Source: Podarcis pityusensis
Lineage: Eukaryota
Direction: 5' to 3' (one strand)
NCBI GenBank assembly: GCA_964106645.2
Contig: OZ067039.1
DNA length: 64,000 nucleotides
The translations under genes and the position numbers were made by a program. Below, piece by piece: positions 49,355 through 63,280 of this stretch; within the stretch, counting starts at the first letter, position 1, and each line of letters opens with the position of its first letter. A model generated the notes under the pieces. That model saw only the letters and a list, made by a program, of their open reading frames with translations, was not told the DNA's origin and did no database searches.

Positions 49355-52177
49355 GATGGGAAGGTGAAAAGTGAGCTTCCCAAAATGGTGTGGAAAGGGG
49401 AAGCTGTAGGAGGTTAATGTGGGGGGAATGGCAAGGGGTTGGCAAGCGGAGCACACTTCCTAGTACATGCATATATTTATGTCCCCAGAATGTGGAACTA
49501 CCTCTGCACCAAGGTGTATTCCCCCCCAAAAAAGCTGCAAACCTTTAAGTAGGTTTTTAAAACACATTTCTCCAGGTCAACCTTCACATTGTTAAGAGAA
49601 CTATTTTAAGATGGATAGTTTCTTTTGTCTGTAGGAACTTTATAGTGTTGTTTTATTTGTTTTAACTAGCCTAGGTTTCTAAATGGCTGTTAGCTCTTTG
49701 CGTTGTGTTTTCATGCTTTGTAAGCTACCTTGAGGGGGCTATGCCCCAAAAGCAGCCTATAAACAATTTTATATCAATACATTAATAGCAATCATTATTT
49801 CCACACTTGATGCATCAGTGCCCTGAAGTGCTGCCCTCACTATCACACACAGCCCCTCCAAACATCCTTCTTATTGTACATTCATGATGATTTATGCTCA
49901 TGACGGCCTCCAAAAGTTTGGGGTGGACATACTGCTTCGTTTCCAACTGGTGCATGTCCTGTAACTTCCTGCTGAAATCCTGTACTTTTTCATACCACAA
50001 ACAATCCAGTTTGTGCACAGTTGTTGTGGTATTACGCAAGTGTGCCTCTCCAGATGGCAATTATGCAGTCCCACTGCAGAAGCATCACAGGATAACCAAC
50101 GAAGTGGAATGATGTGCAGATAGCTCTCCACTAATGCACTATTACTGCATCAAGGACATGTTGCAGCATATAACCGCAATGAAAACATCAGCCTGGAGGT
50201 ACCCTTCGAGTGAGAACTGGTAGAGGATAAGGAGGTAGTTTTCAATGGTAGTGGCACATTGGGGAGCAGGGGAAGATTTGATGGCAGCTCAATTCAAATA
50301 CTCAGATCTGTGCCGCCATCATATCTAGCTTTTCCCTAAGAGAACCAGTAACTGCACAGAGGTTCTTTCCCCAACAATAATGGTCATGTTTACAAGCAAC
50401 AATTTTCTGCTTCTTTTTTTTTAGCGCCTCTGCTGCTGTAGGGCTGATGCACAATTTAATATCGGTGGCTTGGTGCTTAAATTGCTGGCGAACTACCCAG
50501 CTGAAGCGCTGAGCAGCAGCATCTCAGGGGAGAACATCAGTACAGTACTCTGCTGCAGAGGGTCACTGGTGTTGAGAGAGTAATTACTTCTGCTCTCCTA
50601 GCCAGAGATGTGGTGCTGAGAGCTCTTTTCAGAGCTCAGCGGACTCCCTATCCTCAGAGCAAGACAATAAGTGAAGAAAGAGTTTGTTTACTTTCATCCC
50701 AATGTAACTTGTAAAACAAAGTGGAAATAGTTCAGTAACTATGGCTGTGTGCACACAACATTTTAGGATCAATTGAGACAGAGTACTTGTCCCCCTATGT
50801 AATCCACACACAAGCTAGATCGATTACACTCCCCCCACATAAAGCACTTCTTCAGAATATAGTTTCAATCCAAAAATAAAAATTCCTTACATATTGATTC
50901 TGCATTACACTGCAGTGTGTCCAAATGCAGGTGATACCAGCAGAGAGAGTGTAGCCACACCTGCCCAAGGTGTACACCGTGATCACAATCACCACTTTCT
51001 TCTTCATTCACCTGGGTCATATGCAGGGCGGAAAGGTGTGGATAACCTAATCAAAGAGTCCTCCTGACTCCCTCGCAAAGCCTAGTAAGCGCTTGTCCAG
51101 CTTTGGGGGGGAGGTGGGAGGGCTCTAGGGCCATGCCAGAGCCTTACGCCTCCTTCCCAAAGCCATTGCTTCCCTTACCATGCTCACTGTTAACAATCAA
51201 TCCTGTTTGATCTATGGAAAATGTTTCTCACAAACACTTGTATGCATGTAGGGACAACCCATTTGAATGGCAATGCCCATCAACTTTGGTGGGTGATCCC
51301 CTCAAATATTTTATGGGGCGAGCGAAGGGTCCTCAGCCCCTAGGAATTGACTCCTATGTACCTGCATTCAGTGCAACATGTGATGAACCATATTGTGAAA
51401 TGCACTTCAGAACTGGACCTTCACAGGTTCAAATCACAGCTCAAGTACAGCTCTAGTGAGGGCACAGCTTGCTAAGAGTGGGCAAAAGGTAGACTGCAAG
51501 AGAAAGGGGCATGTTTGTCATTCATTCTGCTGCCAGACAATCACTCAGTATTTCTGAGCTAGTCATGGAAAGGTCTTTGCAGTCTCACTAGCTTATATCA
51601 CGTGCCAAGTTTTGCTGGGTTCATAAAGGACAAAGAGCACTGAGCTGGGCAGAAGGAAAGAAAAATTTTCTGAGCAAGGGATTAGTCATCTCTTCAGACA
51701 TAAAAACGGCACGGCTTTCCGGTTTCCATTTTACTTGCAAGTATATACCAGAGATGTGGCGTGCTTTACAAAGCTGCGAGTGAAATAAAAGCTTTTATAC
51801 ATATGTATACACTTGTTTGAAAAAGAATCAAAATTCAAATTGTCCCTCTTTGAGAATCATTAACAACTTGGGCTTCCTTTAATTAATTTTGACAGTATTA
51901 TGCCGCTGTTTAAATTTGCTTTGGCAACTCTGAATAAAAATTCAGATAGATACCCTGCAGCTATGGCTACAGCGGATCTGAAATGCTGGGCCATATCTGC
52001 AAAAATATCAAATATAAAAAGGGGTGCAGATGGCAGCCCTCAGGCCAATTTACACCTAGATGGGGTGAAAAGCATGAACTCTCATGTTCCATCATCTTAT
52101 GTATGCCATAATGAGTTGTTCCACCTTGCCTCTTAATTTTTGAAGAGGAAGGCTCACGGAGAAATTATGCAGGTAAA

Positions 52178-52355
52178 AGGCCATAGTTCAGTGGCAGAGC
52201 AACGCATGCTCTGTGTGCCAGAGATCCCATGCTCAGTCCCCAGCATCTGAAGGTCAGGCTGAGATTGACCCCTTCCTGAAACCCTGGGGAGCCCCTGCCA
52301 ATCAGTGTTGACAATACAGTTCAGTGGTCTGACTTGGTGCAAGGTAGCTTCCCAC
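52178..52355 (+). mobile_element. Squam3-type SINE
   Basis: ggccatagttcagtggcagagca head; cctgaaaccctggggagcccctgccaatcagtg body. Confidence 0.8.
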
Positions 52356-53068
52356 ATATGCATACAACCCATTTCACATTTTACGCTAAAGGTATAGGGG
52401 GTGTGCATCCTGAATAGATCATGATGTGTGCTCTTGATATTTATCAGGGCAGTTAAATGTGATCACATTTTCAAACCCACTTGTGCCTACAAAAGCTTTG
52501 GGGCAGTCCTACTGCTTCTTTCTCAATAGGTGCATGTCCCATAGTTTCCTACTAAAATCCTGTCAAGTGTTGATTTTCCCTCTCCTCTCCCCCACTTCTG
52601 TTGTGCTACAGCAACAGAATGCCCATCCAACTATCCAATAGCATTGGGGAGATGTTGCAGAACCACTAATAAAGTAGAATGATGTCTTGATAGTTCAACA
52701 TAATCACACCACTAATGCACTATTTTCGCATCAATGACATGCTGCAGAATGCACCCATTTAAAAAGAAGATGTGGAAGGGCCCATAGTGGGAGTCCCGTT
52801 TTCCTCACATTGTGTACAGATTGCCCATTCTGATAAGTGCTTGAACTGGCTCTCAGTCTCTGCAGAGCTCATTATACCCATTGCACTGCCACCAATTATC
52901 AGGGAAAGCGCTGTTCAGTGCCTGGTACTGATCACTGCAATCCCACTGCACCAAGCCACCAGCCCTGTGAGGTTCCAAAGAAATAAGGAAAGAAAAGGAA
53001 GGAAGTGTGAACACAGCACACAATCCCTTGTCCACTGAATATCTCCTGGTGTGCCTTAGCCCTGGGGA

Positions 53069-53227
53069 CAGGAGTGCCAGCTTGGCCCCGCAACCATGGG
53101 TGCCCGGGGCTGTGGGTGCCATGCAGTGTGCATGGCCCTGACACTGAAATCTGTGGAAGCCCAGCCCCTTCATGGGGAATTTTGTGGGTGCTCGGGCACC
53201 CAAGGCCCCAAGGAGTTGGCACCTATG
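53069..53227. mobile_element. hAT MITE
   Basis: Ends caggagtgccagct / agttggcacctatg; TSD cctgggga/cctgagga. Confidence 0.75.
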
Positions 53228-53854
53228 CCTGAGGAGATGTTGCCAGCACTGGGCACAACTGGTCTCTCCTTTCAAGAAAGCATTACCAAGATAGTTTATG
53301 TCTACTTCAGGTATTCATATAGACCATGCTGCCCTCACCCTGCCCCATTGCATAATTGGCAATCCTTGCTACATTCAGTTCATGGTCGCTCTATGGCATT
53401 CTACCAGCCAACGTTCTTTAACAAAGGCCTACAAATATATCCTTTTTCCTACATGCCACTATCATATTTCTAGGTGCCCAGAAGAATTTTTAGTAGTCTT
53501 GCTCAAGGAGTTTGATCTATCTTAGGTAGATAATAAATATCCATATGCAGCTGCATGTAGGCTTTCTCCTGCAGATAAATGATTTAACAAAAGCAAAAGC
53601 TTTGTGGAAAAGCCAGATCCTTGCTGGCAGGGCTAATGGTGGAGGTTTGAGCAATCCTGATGATAAATCCCAGTAATACTTCCTCTTCTGATGTTATAAA
53701 GTGGAGAGGGAAATCATGGTATGATGAACTATTGAGCATATAAGTGTTACAGGAATTTAAACAGGACTAATCTCAGTAAAAGATTAAGCCAGTGAAAAGA
53801 TGACACATGAGAAGTCATACACAATCTATATGAAGAAATTATATGGCCCTGTAT

Positions 53855-53991
53855 TCTTCTTCTTTGGCGATCACTCGTAGCCAAGTAAGATGGTCTTACA
53901 TAAACACAGTTTTAACAATGAGTCCGTAAGTGACTGTAGAGGCCAATTCTGGATCCAGTCTGTTTCCTTTTCGGAAGGCAGGCGAACTAAT
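53855..53991 (-). mobile_element. RTE-clade LINE 3' end (not BovB)
   Basis: Minus strand encodes GSRIGLYSHLRTHC* (end of an RTE C-terminal zinc finger); (GAA)n tail; perfect 9-bp TSD gccctgtat. Confidence 0.8.
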
Positions 53992-54552
53992 GCCCTGTAT
54001 ATGAACATGCAAAATAGAAGAATGGCAAACTCAAAAATCCTATCTAGTGAAAAGATCCTGCAGCAAAGAAGGGGAAATGGTGGAAGGGAAAATGGTGACA
54101 TGTATAAAGAAAATCATAATAGACTGAAAATCATGTATGTTTGTAAGAGGCACCATTTGTGAATACTGTATTAAAGTAGATGCATACATTAGCAGAAAGC
54201 TGTGTAACTCAGTAACTGAGTTTGTGCTTTCACAATCTGTGCTGGCTGGTTTTGGGTCTCAGCATAACTCGACTCTGCCCCTTGATTGCCACATGTGCAT
54301 AATATGCATCTCAGCTGCTGGGTACTTGGGGCTTGACAGCAATACTCTCACCCATGGCATGGGCCTTCACTGCTTAAAAGGGAGACGGGAGCACTGTTTT
54401 AGTGATCAGAAGGAGTAGTCACCCCCCCTCTTTTTTTTAAGACCATGATAAGGTATAGATTAACCCCCTGCTTCTCTGCACAATGAGTAGCTAAAACGAA
54501 TAAAGTGTTCTGGCTGTGTATACAAAGCCCCAAATCCTTTTGCTTCAATTTA

Positions 54553-54588
54553 AAACAAACAAACAAACAAACAAACAAACAAACAAAC
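54553..54588. repeat. (AAAC)n microsatellite
   Basis: Seen directly. Confidence 0.99.
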
Positions 54589-57130
54589 CTGTTCATCATG
54601 CATCAATAAATGTTGCTAGAGCTAGTATGAAAAAAGAGAAAAAATAGTTGCACCACATGTTCTTAGCATGCACTGCTCCTTAACCATCAAAATCTTGAAT
54701 GAATGGCAAATTTCCTCTCCCATTCTGAAACAGAGACCCTGAGAAATCCTAGAATTGCAAAATGAACACACAAATGCTTGGATGAGAGCTGGAAAATGAG
54801 TACTAATCAGTGTCAGTAAATGACAATCAGTGGTATGCAAGGAGAAGCCAACAAAGGTATTGAATAAATAAAGGAGCCCATCTTCTTAAGAGCCAAGGAT
54901 GTGGTGAAGCAACAAGGGAGGTGGATCCCCACAACTGGAAGGTTTCTGACCCAATGGTAGAGGGTCTTACCCACTGAAAGATCAGAAGTCAAGAACAGAG
55001 CAAGTATGTTGAAACCAGACTGGCTGTTCAGCCACAAGAAAGGAAATGACTCATGTAGGAAGCTGATAGGTGATCCATGTGAATTGGTTAGATTTCATAA
55101 TCCTAAAGTCTCCAGGCAAACATGACCAAGCACGGTGGCTTTTGTTTACTGGCTGAAAAATGTAACTATGCTATCAACTCATCAAGAGAGGCAGTTACTT
55201 GAAACAAGGGCACAGTGTTTTCCACGGCAGAGAATGGGTGCTTTTTAGTGGAGGGATTGGGAGAGAGAGAAGTGATGTGTGGAAAGAGAGAAGAGAGCTG
55301 ACCTTTAATATGTTGTGGTCAATTCCAGCTGCAAACTCAGGCTGTTCTAGTCCATGTGACTTTACAAAACTAGGCCACAGGAATTTCTTCTTGCTCGCTA
55401 AAGGGAAAACATAAAGCTCTTTCTCTGGATAACAGCTAGTGGCCACTCCCAGATTAAAAGAAGCCTTTCCTCACTGCCTTTCCTGCTCTCTTCCCATGAT
55501 TTCAAGGATAAAGCTTGATTCTTTGAAAGCAAACAGAATCTCGTATGCGGAGGGTGTCTAGATTGGAGCAAGCTAAATTCTGAAAGATAGACGAAAAATG
55601 CCCAAGCAACAAATCACAGGTTGGATTTTGCAAGCTGAAGCAAAAATAAATCAGAAGCTGAGCTGAGGTCTGGCAGACTTGCAGAGTTTGTGGCTCAGGT
55701 GCCAACCTAATTTTAAACTTCCTTCCCAACAATTAAAACATTTCTGCAAGGTGAGCTTTCATGGCAAGTCCTTGAGGCGGTTTTCATTCACTATATGCTC
55801 CTCCCCTGCTGCATCATCCCACACATTTAAATTTCCCAATTTAGAAATGCCTAAATTAGGGAGGATCAATGGTTCCCGGTATTTTCCAAGTACCAGCATT
55901 GTGGAAGAAGAATTGCCCAACACGTCTTGCAAAGGAAGATTGTCACTCTTCCATTGTTCTCCTATGGAATCACATATTAGATCTGATATAGACTGCAGAC
56001 AATGCATATGGTGAGGCATGGGAGAAAGTCTACGATGACAAATAAAGAAAAGTCTTATCCCTTGCCCTCATACTTAATAAATGTTCTCAGGAGATTTGAC
56101 AGTCCAATTTCTCTCCTGATGAGTGAAAGGCAGCTCTCAGTAAAAATGTTATGCCATTCATTCCCTTCAGAGATTGAGTTATTGCCATAATCAGTGAAGA
56201 TTTTCCCACTGACACAAAAGCTCTTTTAGCAAGGCCTTTTAGGCTTGGCCATTGGGTTTATTCTTCATTTGGCCTCAAGGATTAGGTGAAAATTAGTGCT
56301 TTCTTTTTTATTGCATTTAAGGTACACTAAGCATTCTGCCTCCAACAGCAGTTAACTAGGACTCAAAGCCCAACTAACTTGTTTCTCGAGGTGGACATTA
56401 TTATTAGAATTTCAATCAACACAATAATCAAGACAGGAAAATGTATTTTTTATTAGAAACAATAAAATGGGATAAATGTATAATGATTGCTCAACTTCTG
56501 GCAATTTAACTGGCCAAGACAGGCTTCTGCAGGCTCCTTGCCAGAGTGATGAGTAAGATGGCATTGGCACAGTGGTAACACTTTCTTCACCAAGCCATGG
56601 ACAGTTAGTGTAAAATATAAAACGAACTTCATATCTAAATATTCCTCATTAATCTGAACAGAAGTTTCATTCATCTTTGGCATCTAGCAGCCTACTGTGT
56701 TGCAAGGGGCAACTGTTGTGGTTGGCGAGGTCCAGCTGTTCTGATTGACTATTTTTAGTGAGCAAATCCAGCAAGAAAAAACAAGCAGTTGTTAATTTTG
56801 CAATCACTTTTTTTTTTTTGGCATCATTTAGCAGTTGTTTCAGATTCCATATCAGTAGCAATTGTTACACAATAATGAACTATGAAGGGATCATTGTCAA
56901 ACAGTGGGGAGGCAACAGCTGGAGTTCTTCAGGGTATGGCTCCAGAACTGGCTCTGCTTAGTGTTCTTGGTACGCATCCAGATGGCATTGTTGCCCATAG
57001 CTGCTTAAGCACTGTAGCGCTAAACCAGAAGTAGGGGAGAAGGTACCTCCAAAGAAAAAAAAGAGGTCCCGACTAATGGGGGATGGGGTTAGTTATGCTA
57101 CAATGTCAGCTTGGAATGTTGCATTTAGCC

Positions 57131-57146
57131 TGCTGCCATCTAGTGT
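57131..57146 (-). promoter_or_regulatory. Candidate CTCF site
   Basis: Minus strand ACACTAGATGGCAGCA, one mismatch to the CCASYAGRKGGCRS core. Confidence 0.4.
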
Positions 57147-57199
57147 AGCACAGTCCCTGTGTGGTTTGTGGTTGCCAGGCATGCCAAATATGAATATAT

Positions 57200-57397
57200 G
57201 TAACTGCTTTATATAGTGAGTTAGACCTTTGGTCCATCTATCCCAGGATTTACTGTAAGCAGCAAGTGGCTGTCCAAATTCAGCTCCCCGGCATCTTAAG
57301 TGGAGATCTTTTTCAACCCTGTTACATTATATGCCTGTGTTGGAGATGCCAGAGACCCTGTACAAAGCCTGTTTTCTACCAATGAGCTACAGACTCT
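57200..57397 (-). mobile_element. Squam3-type SINE (degenerate)
   Basis: gacctttggtccatcta tail; ctaccaatgagctac head. Confidence 0.65.
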
Positions 57398-57788
57398 TTG
57401 GCGCAATACTTGCAAAGCCCTCCATTTGGAAGTACTGTTGTTTAAATAACCAAATAATGCACTGAGCAGATTTTCAAGTTGTCACAAAATGTGCATGGGC
57501 TATGAGCAATTTTGAGGAGGAATTTTGGGTTCCACCAACTACACTGATATCCTAAAGGATTAGATGAATGAAGTTATGCAAGAATTTTACAGTACTATGT
57601 CTAGCAGAAAAAGCAAACGTCACAAGCAGAGCTTCTGAATAGGTAGTAGAGCTGTTGAGAACCATAGTGGAAGTGGATACATGCTAAACGAGACGAAGGA
57701 AGGAGCTTACCCAAAATCCTTCATGAGTCAGAATCAGAAGGAAACTTGCCAGCCTTTTATACCATGCTTGGTTTCATTATACCCAATA

Positions 57789-58029
57789 CAGTGGTACCTC
57801 TAGTTACGAACTTAATTCATTCCGGAGGTCCGTTCTTAACCTGAAACTGTTCTTAACTAGAGGAGTGCTTTCGCTAATGGTGCCTCTTGCTGCCGCTGAG
57901 CCGCCGGCACACGATTTCTGTTCTCATCCTGGGGCAAAGTTCTCAACTCGAGGTAACTTTTTCAGGTTAGTGGAGTTTGTTACCTGAAGCGTTTGTGACC
58001 TGAGGCGTTTGTAACTCAAGGTACCACTG
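57789..58029 (+). mobile_element. Tc1/mariner MITE, copy 5 (diverged variant)
   Basis: TIR cagtggtacctc...aggtaccactg with TA TSD. Confidence 0.92.
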
Positions 58030-59204
58030 TATTTACTGATGCAAAAATTCAGGAAAACAGTGGCCCAATTACAAAACTTGTCATATTTTAAAACGTGGTG
58101 ATTTTGGAAGACTTTTGTAAGTATCAAAATACCTGGAAAAGCCTCCTTCACCCACATTATGAAGGTTATGAATCATAATCCTCAATAGACCAGGTTCTTA
58201 GGACACTTGTTCTGGTGGCCATCTGTGGTATGTTATTCCTGTACCCTACTCAACAATGATGTGCTCTATGCTTTGAAAACACTGGCAAGGAATTTACCCA
58301 TGTCCTTTTAAATACATCCCAGGCCATTTGGCCATGCTGTACACTTCCAAGACCTCTACATAAATCAGACCCAGTTCCCAGTTCCTTGCTTGGCAAAAAT
58401 CAGATGTGGATTAATGTATCCGGTAGAGTGGAAGTCCTCCTCCATAAAAATCCTGCTACAATTTAGCTGCTGACAACCAAAAAGCATAGTTACGCCTGTC
58501 CACTGTAATGCGACCCAGCCTTCAGAGAATCAGAGCTGTGGTTACCACTCCAGGGATTAATGAATAAATACAGCTGATCAGTTTCACAGTAACAGTAATT
58601 ATTCTTCCTGCAATAACAGGTCTCTATTATTGGTATATGCCAAACCAATCTTTATTTGCCAGTCTAATAGATAACCCGGCTTTCAGGTCACATATTACTT
58701 TATTATTAGGACTCTCCCAGTTTTTCAGAACTTGCAACATAATTAAACTGGAATACCGTGAGCTCAGACTGTGCAGACATTCAGGAGAATTCCAGTGACT
58801 CAGTATCTTTGCAAGAACGCATTCCAAATTCTGTTAATAGAGGATTGTTCACTGCATGGTTCAAAGGCTTGACTGCTCTGAGTTGGTCCCATGTCAGGAA
58901 ATACATACTGGATCTGATTTATGTACAGGTTTTAGAAGTGGACAGATGGTGCTAGTGTTTTGCAAGCTAGTGGCTACACAGTTTATTTCTGCTTATTCTG
59001 AAGAATTTATAAACTGCCCAAACAATCCCTAAGTGGTATACACACAGTCATTTTAAACAATTATTAACATATTAATAAAACCAGCAAAATTTAAGAGCAG
59101 GTATACACAACTTGTTTTCATGTCCAGATAATGAATGGCTCTATCAATTCTCAGGTATTGGTTTGCTGACAATCTATAGGACATGTCCAAGATGTACTAA
59201 TGAG

Positions 59205-59418
59205 AAAGGCAGAGTAGTGCAGTGGTTACAGGGTTGGACTAGGACCAGGGAGACCCAAGTTCAAATCTCCACCTAGCCATGAAGCTCCAGTGCCACCTTA
59301 AACCAGTCAGCATCTGTCAGCTTAGCCTACTTCACAGCAAATGTTGACAGTGGAGGAAAGAGTGATGGCACACCACATAAAGCTCATCTGAGGAATAATG
59401 GGATACAAATGAAATAAT
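59205..59418 (+). mobile_element. tRNA-derived CORE/MIR-like SINE with L2-type tail
   Basis: tagtgcagtggttacagggttggactagga...gttcaaatctccac head; gggatacaaatgaaataa tail. Confidence 0.72.
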
Positions 59419-62400
59419 CTTTGATGAAAGTCTCCACATGATTTAGTTGCAATTGCTGCATCTCAGGGGGTTGAATTTGATGACCCTTGGGATCCTTTCC
59501 AATTCTGCAATTCTATGATTCTATGTGATGGTGGTTCCATTTTGTTGCGTTCACATGTAAGTCAATGCAAACTGGCTCTGTCTAGTTTTATTGTACATGT
59601 ATTATGGACTGCCAGCAAGCCAAGACCTGAGTGGTCCTAATGAAAAAATAAATAGAGCACCCTGACTAAATGCAGTTGCACTAGAATGCACTCAAATGAT
59701 GCATGCCCAGAATAGCAACTCACATAGGGGCAAGCTCATTTGGGAGCTGATGGATCTTACTCCTATGTACATGAATGCCTTGTCTCTTAGAAGTTCAAGA
59801 AACACAGCACTAGAATTTTAGGAGCCTCTCTCCTCCCCTTCACAGAGCCATTCCTTTTGGGGGAGAGTTACTGTAGTTTCTGGCTCTGCAAATAGTTGTG
59901 AGATCATAGTACACTCTTTGCCAAAGTGTGTGATAAATCTGTGGCTGTATTACAACATGCTTTCTTCTGCTAACCAGCAGACTTCTGAGCATCCAAAAAC
60001 ACTCAGGAAATAAAGTCTAGTGAGAAAAAAACTATCTACATTGCCTTCTGTCTGTGTCAGCCTGATGAATAATGACCACTAATATAAGTTTCCAACCAAC
60101 AAAATAAAAATTCCTTGAATTGCTAATAAGCTGGAGAGAAAAACAAGCCATTGATTCATTGGCTACCGGTGTCATAACAACTCAAAACGAAGAGCTCTGC
60201 TACCATTTGGGCAAAGATGTTGGCGTTGCCCCTAGCAACCACCTGGGCCTTCACACAGTCTTGTTTGCTGTAGCCATGTGGGATTTATTTCTAGGAAACT
60301 TCATAGGTCACATACAGTTCAGGGCAGCTAACATTGATAGCCTGGACCCTTACTCACAGCTGAAGAGAAATATGAGCACTTTGCTGACCATTGTGGAATT
60401 TTGCAAGTACCTTGCTGAGATGAAAAAGATTCCTATTTCCTGTATGGAGACCTAACTTCACTTTAGCCTTTGGTCCAATTTTATTGCTGAACAAACAAGA
60501 CGTAAAGTCAGCAGGCATAGAGATGTAGAGCTTCTTTCACCTACATTAGCTGTTCTGGACTTTCATCTAACCTCTAAGGCCCCATCTGAACTATACATTC
60601 AAAGCAGTATCATACCACTTTAAACAATCATTGCTTCCTGCAAAGAATCCTGGGAAGTGTTAGGCGACCCTATTCTGCAAACTACAGTTCCCAGAAGTCT
60701 TTGGAGTAAGCCATGGCTGTTTAAAGTTGTATGAGGTTACTTGTGGTTCTGTAATTTCCTCAGTATGTATTATATGCAAATGCATGTAGGTGAACCACAA
60801 TGGCTTCTCTTTATTTCCACAATCAGGAAGCAAACATGCATTTAAAACTCCACAGGTAGCCTCTGACTGGGGTGCAATTTGCAGCAGTAACAGGTAGTGA
60901 AAATATTCAGCTGCCCCTCATCTCTGCTTGCCACTGCAAATCACCCACATTGTTTTTTCTTAGGAGGGAGGGAGGCCATCAGTGTTCAGTTGCACAATGT
61001 GGAGTCAGGCCAAGACACCCTGACATCTGCTCTGGTTCCTTTGTACCTGCCAATTTATATTCTCCCAACCTTTTTTTTTAAGCTTATGCCAGTTGACTCC
61101 TTAGCATGCAGGCCATTTTCAGTTTCAAGTAACACATACTCATTTAAATTAACTTAGTGATTTCCAGTTCCTACATCTCCAGAGTGAGGAGATCTATTTG
61201 ACAAGCTCCTAGTCCTCAGAGTTGCAAAGAAACTTTAAAACAAGTACACAGTTTACAGGTATACTGAAAGTTTAGGGTTGCTTCTCATGAGTTTGATTCT
61301 TGTTCTACAACATATTTTCCCAGGTGGTGGAAAACATAATATATAAAGTACCTCATACTGCAACCCATGAAGCTGCCCTATAAAACCATGAGAAGTCACA
61401 GTAGGGATTCTAGAGTTCAAAAGTAGGGGGGGAGAGAACTACCATTTTAAAACACTAATTGGTTCACATTCAAACTGTAATCTGGAATAAATTCTGGAGA
61501 GAAACAGCAGCAGAATATGCATGTGCTCCCCCCCCTTTTTTTACTGGTCTAAGGATTTAGTTTGTAATCCTAACCCCCACTTACCTATAAGTCGGTCCCA
61601 CTGAATTCAATGCAATGTAATTCTGAGCAGACGTGGCCAAAGTTTTCAGACTTCATATGCTTATTTCCCCCATCAGCTTTTGCTGCCAATGCTTTCCCTA
61701 TTTCCCTACACCATGCAACTTTGATCTTTCCTGAGCAGTTAACCACACAACAGATAAAACAAAACGAACAACCCAGGCTCTCTCTCTCTGTATGCAGCAA
61801 GAGAGCCCAGGTGATGGATGCAAAGCCCCTGAAGAAACATTTTCCCCTCTGCTCACCTGTGTTCGATGTCTTCCTCATGCTGCTCTCGTCCCAGCTGTTA
61901 CATAGGAAGCCAGCAAAGTTTCTTCAAGCTACTCCGGCAAATAATCCCCAGGGTGATCTGCGTCTGCTTTATAATCCTTTTGTTCCAGCAGGCAGGGCTC
62001 AGCAGGGAAAGTGTACTCCTCCTACGTGTTACATGCATATACAGACACAGTTGCAGCTGAGGAGGGAGTCCACAGCACTCCCATTAATTAGAACACACCT
62101 TTTCTAATCTGATGTGCAGTCATGGGGTTGTTCCAACTAGGCTAAAGCTGAAGGAGGCGGCTAGCGGAAGAGCTCAGCTGCTGCGGCAGCACTTTAACCT
62201 TTTCCCCTCTGTGAGCAAATCAGGCTTGGTGCAGGTCCCTGCCCACTCCGGGCCTCGGAGATTCCCTTCAGGTTTAACCTGTGTGCTTTGGGGGAGGTAT
62301 TCTGACTCCCCACCCACTAGGTCCCACACCCACCCACTGGCTTTTTCTCTGTGTGTGCCTTGCTCCCTGCTCCTCCCCTTAGCTCAGGTCAGAGTTAGGT

Positions 62401-62622
62401 CTAGAGGCAAGCAGGCACTAGTTCAAAGGACATCAGGGCCTGTCTGGCTGTTTACGGTAAACACAAAGCTCCTCTTTCCCCTCTGAAAGGAGAGACTTGC
62501 ACAAGGCTGCTGGTTACGTAAGAACATTGGTTCAAATCCTGTAGTGTAGACTTAGGAGACTACGTGTCTGTGTGCAGCCAGTCATTGTTTGGAGGGAACT
62601 GTGCATGCCAGGCAGCTACTTT

Positions 62623-62817
62623 AGGCATTGTACACACTATACCTTGAAGGCACCTTTGAAGTACTGTTCTTTCTCTCCAAGAACCCTGGCCACTGTAGTT
62701 TACCTGGCCACAGAATTATACTTCCCAGCAACATTTAACAAGCGACCAAACCCAGAATTCTTTGAGGGGGGAAATGTGTTTTGAGTGTGCTTTAAAGGTA
62801 TAGCGTGTCCACAACCT
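62623..62817. mobile_element. Palindromic Harbinger-like MITE (related copies at about 25625-25795 and 60575-60745)
   Basis: tacacactataccttgaaggcac...gtgctttaaaggtatagcgtgtcc inverted arms; shared aagaatcctgggaa/actacagttccca core. Confidence 0.6.
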
Positions 62818-63280
62818 AAGTTTCCACATAACACCACTAATATTTTATTTAAAGGAGGCTTGGGTACCTGAGCACCTTGTGTGACATCTGATCTTTTGCA
62901 GATTTTGTGTGTGTGTTTGGGGGCGGTGAGGGCAGGGAAGACACCTGCAGTAAATTGCAGGTAATTGGGGATCAGGAAAATGAGTGAAGAGATGGGAAAA
63001 CATTAAAATTAAGGAAAGGGTCTGAAACATTATGGGTCCTGTTTTTTAAAAGATGAAAAAAGGAGTCATTGCCTGGGCTAAAAAGGGTGAGCTGTTCTTG
63101 CAGCATTCACAAGAGATACCACCTTGCTGATTTTCATTTAATAAATAAATAAATATCAGCCTACTGGGAGGGTTTTTCTACTTATGCATTCATGCATGAC
63201 AATTTCTGGCTGCTAGAATTATATGGTAAAACCAGGATTAGAAAAAGGGCTGCACTATTTTATTTTATTTTACTTTTATA

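Noticed and set aside
60120-62486. 111-, 165- and 124-aa ORFs
   Set aside because: No recognisable motifs or exon boundaries; lengths are within chance for six frames of 64 kb.
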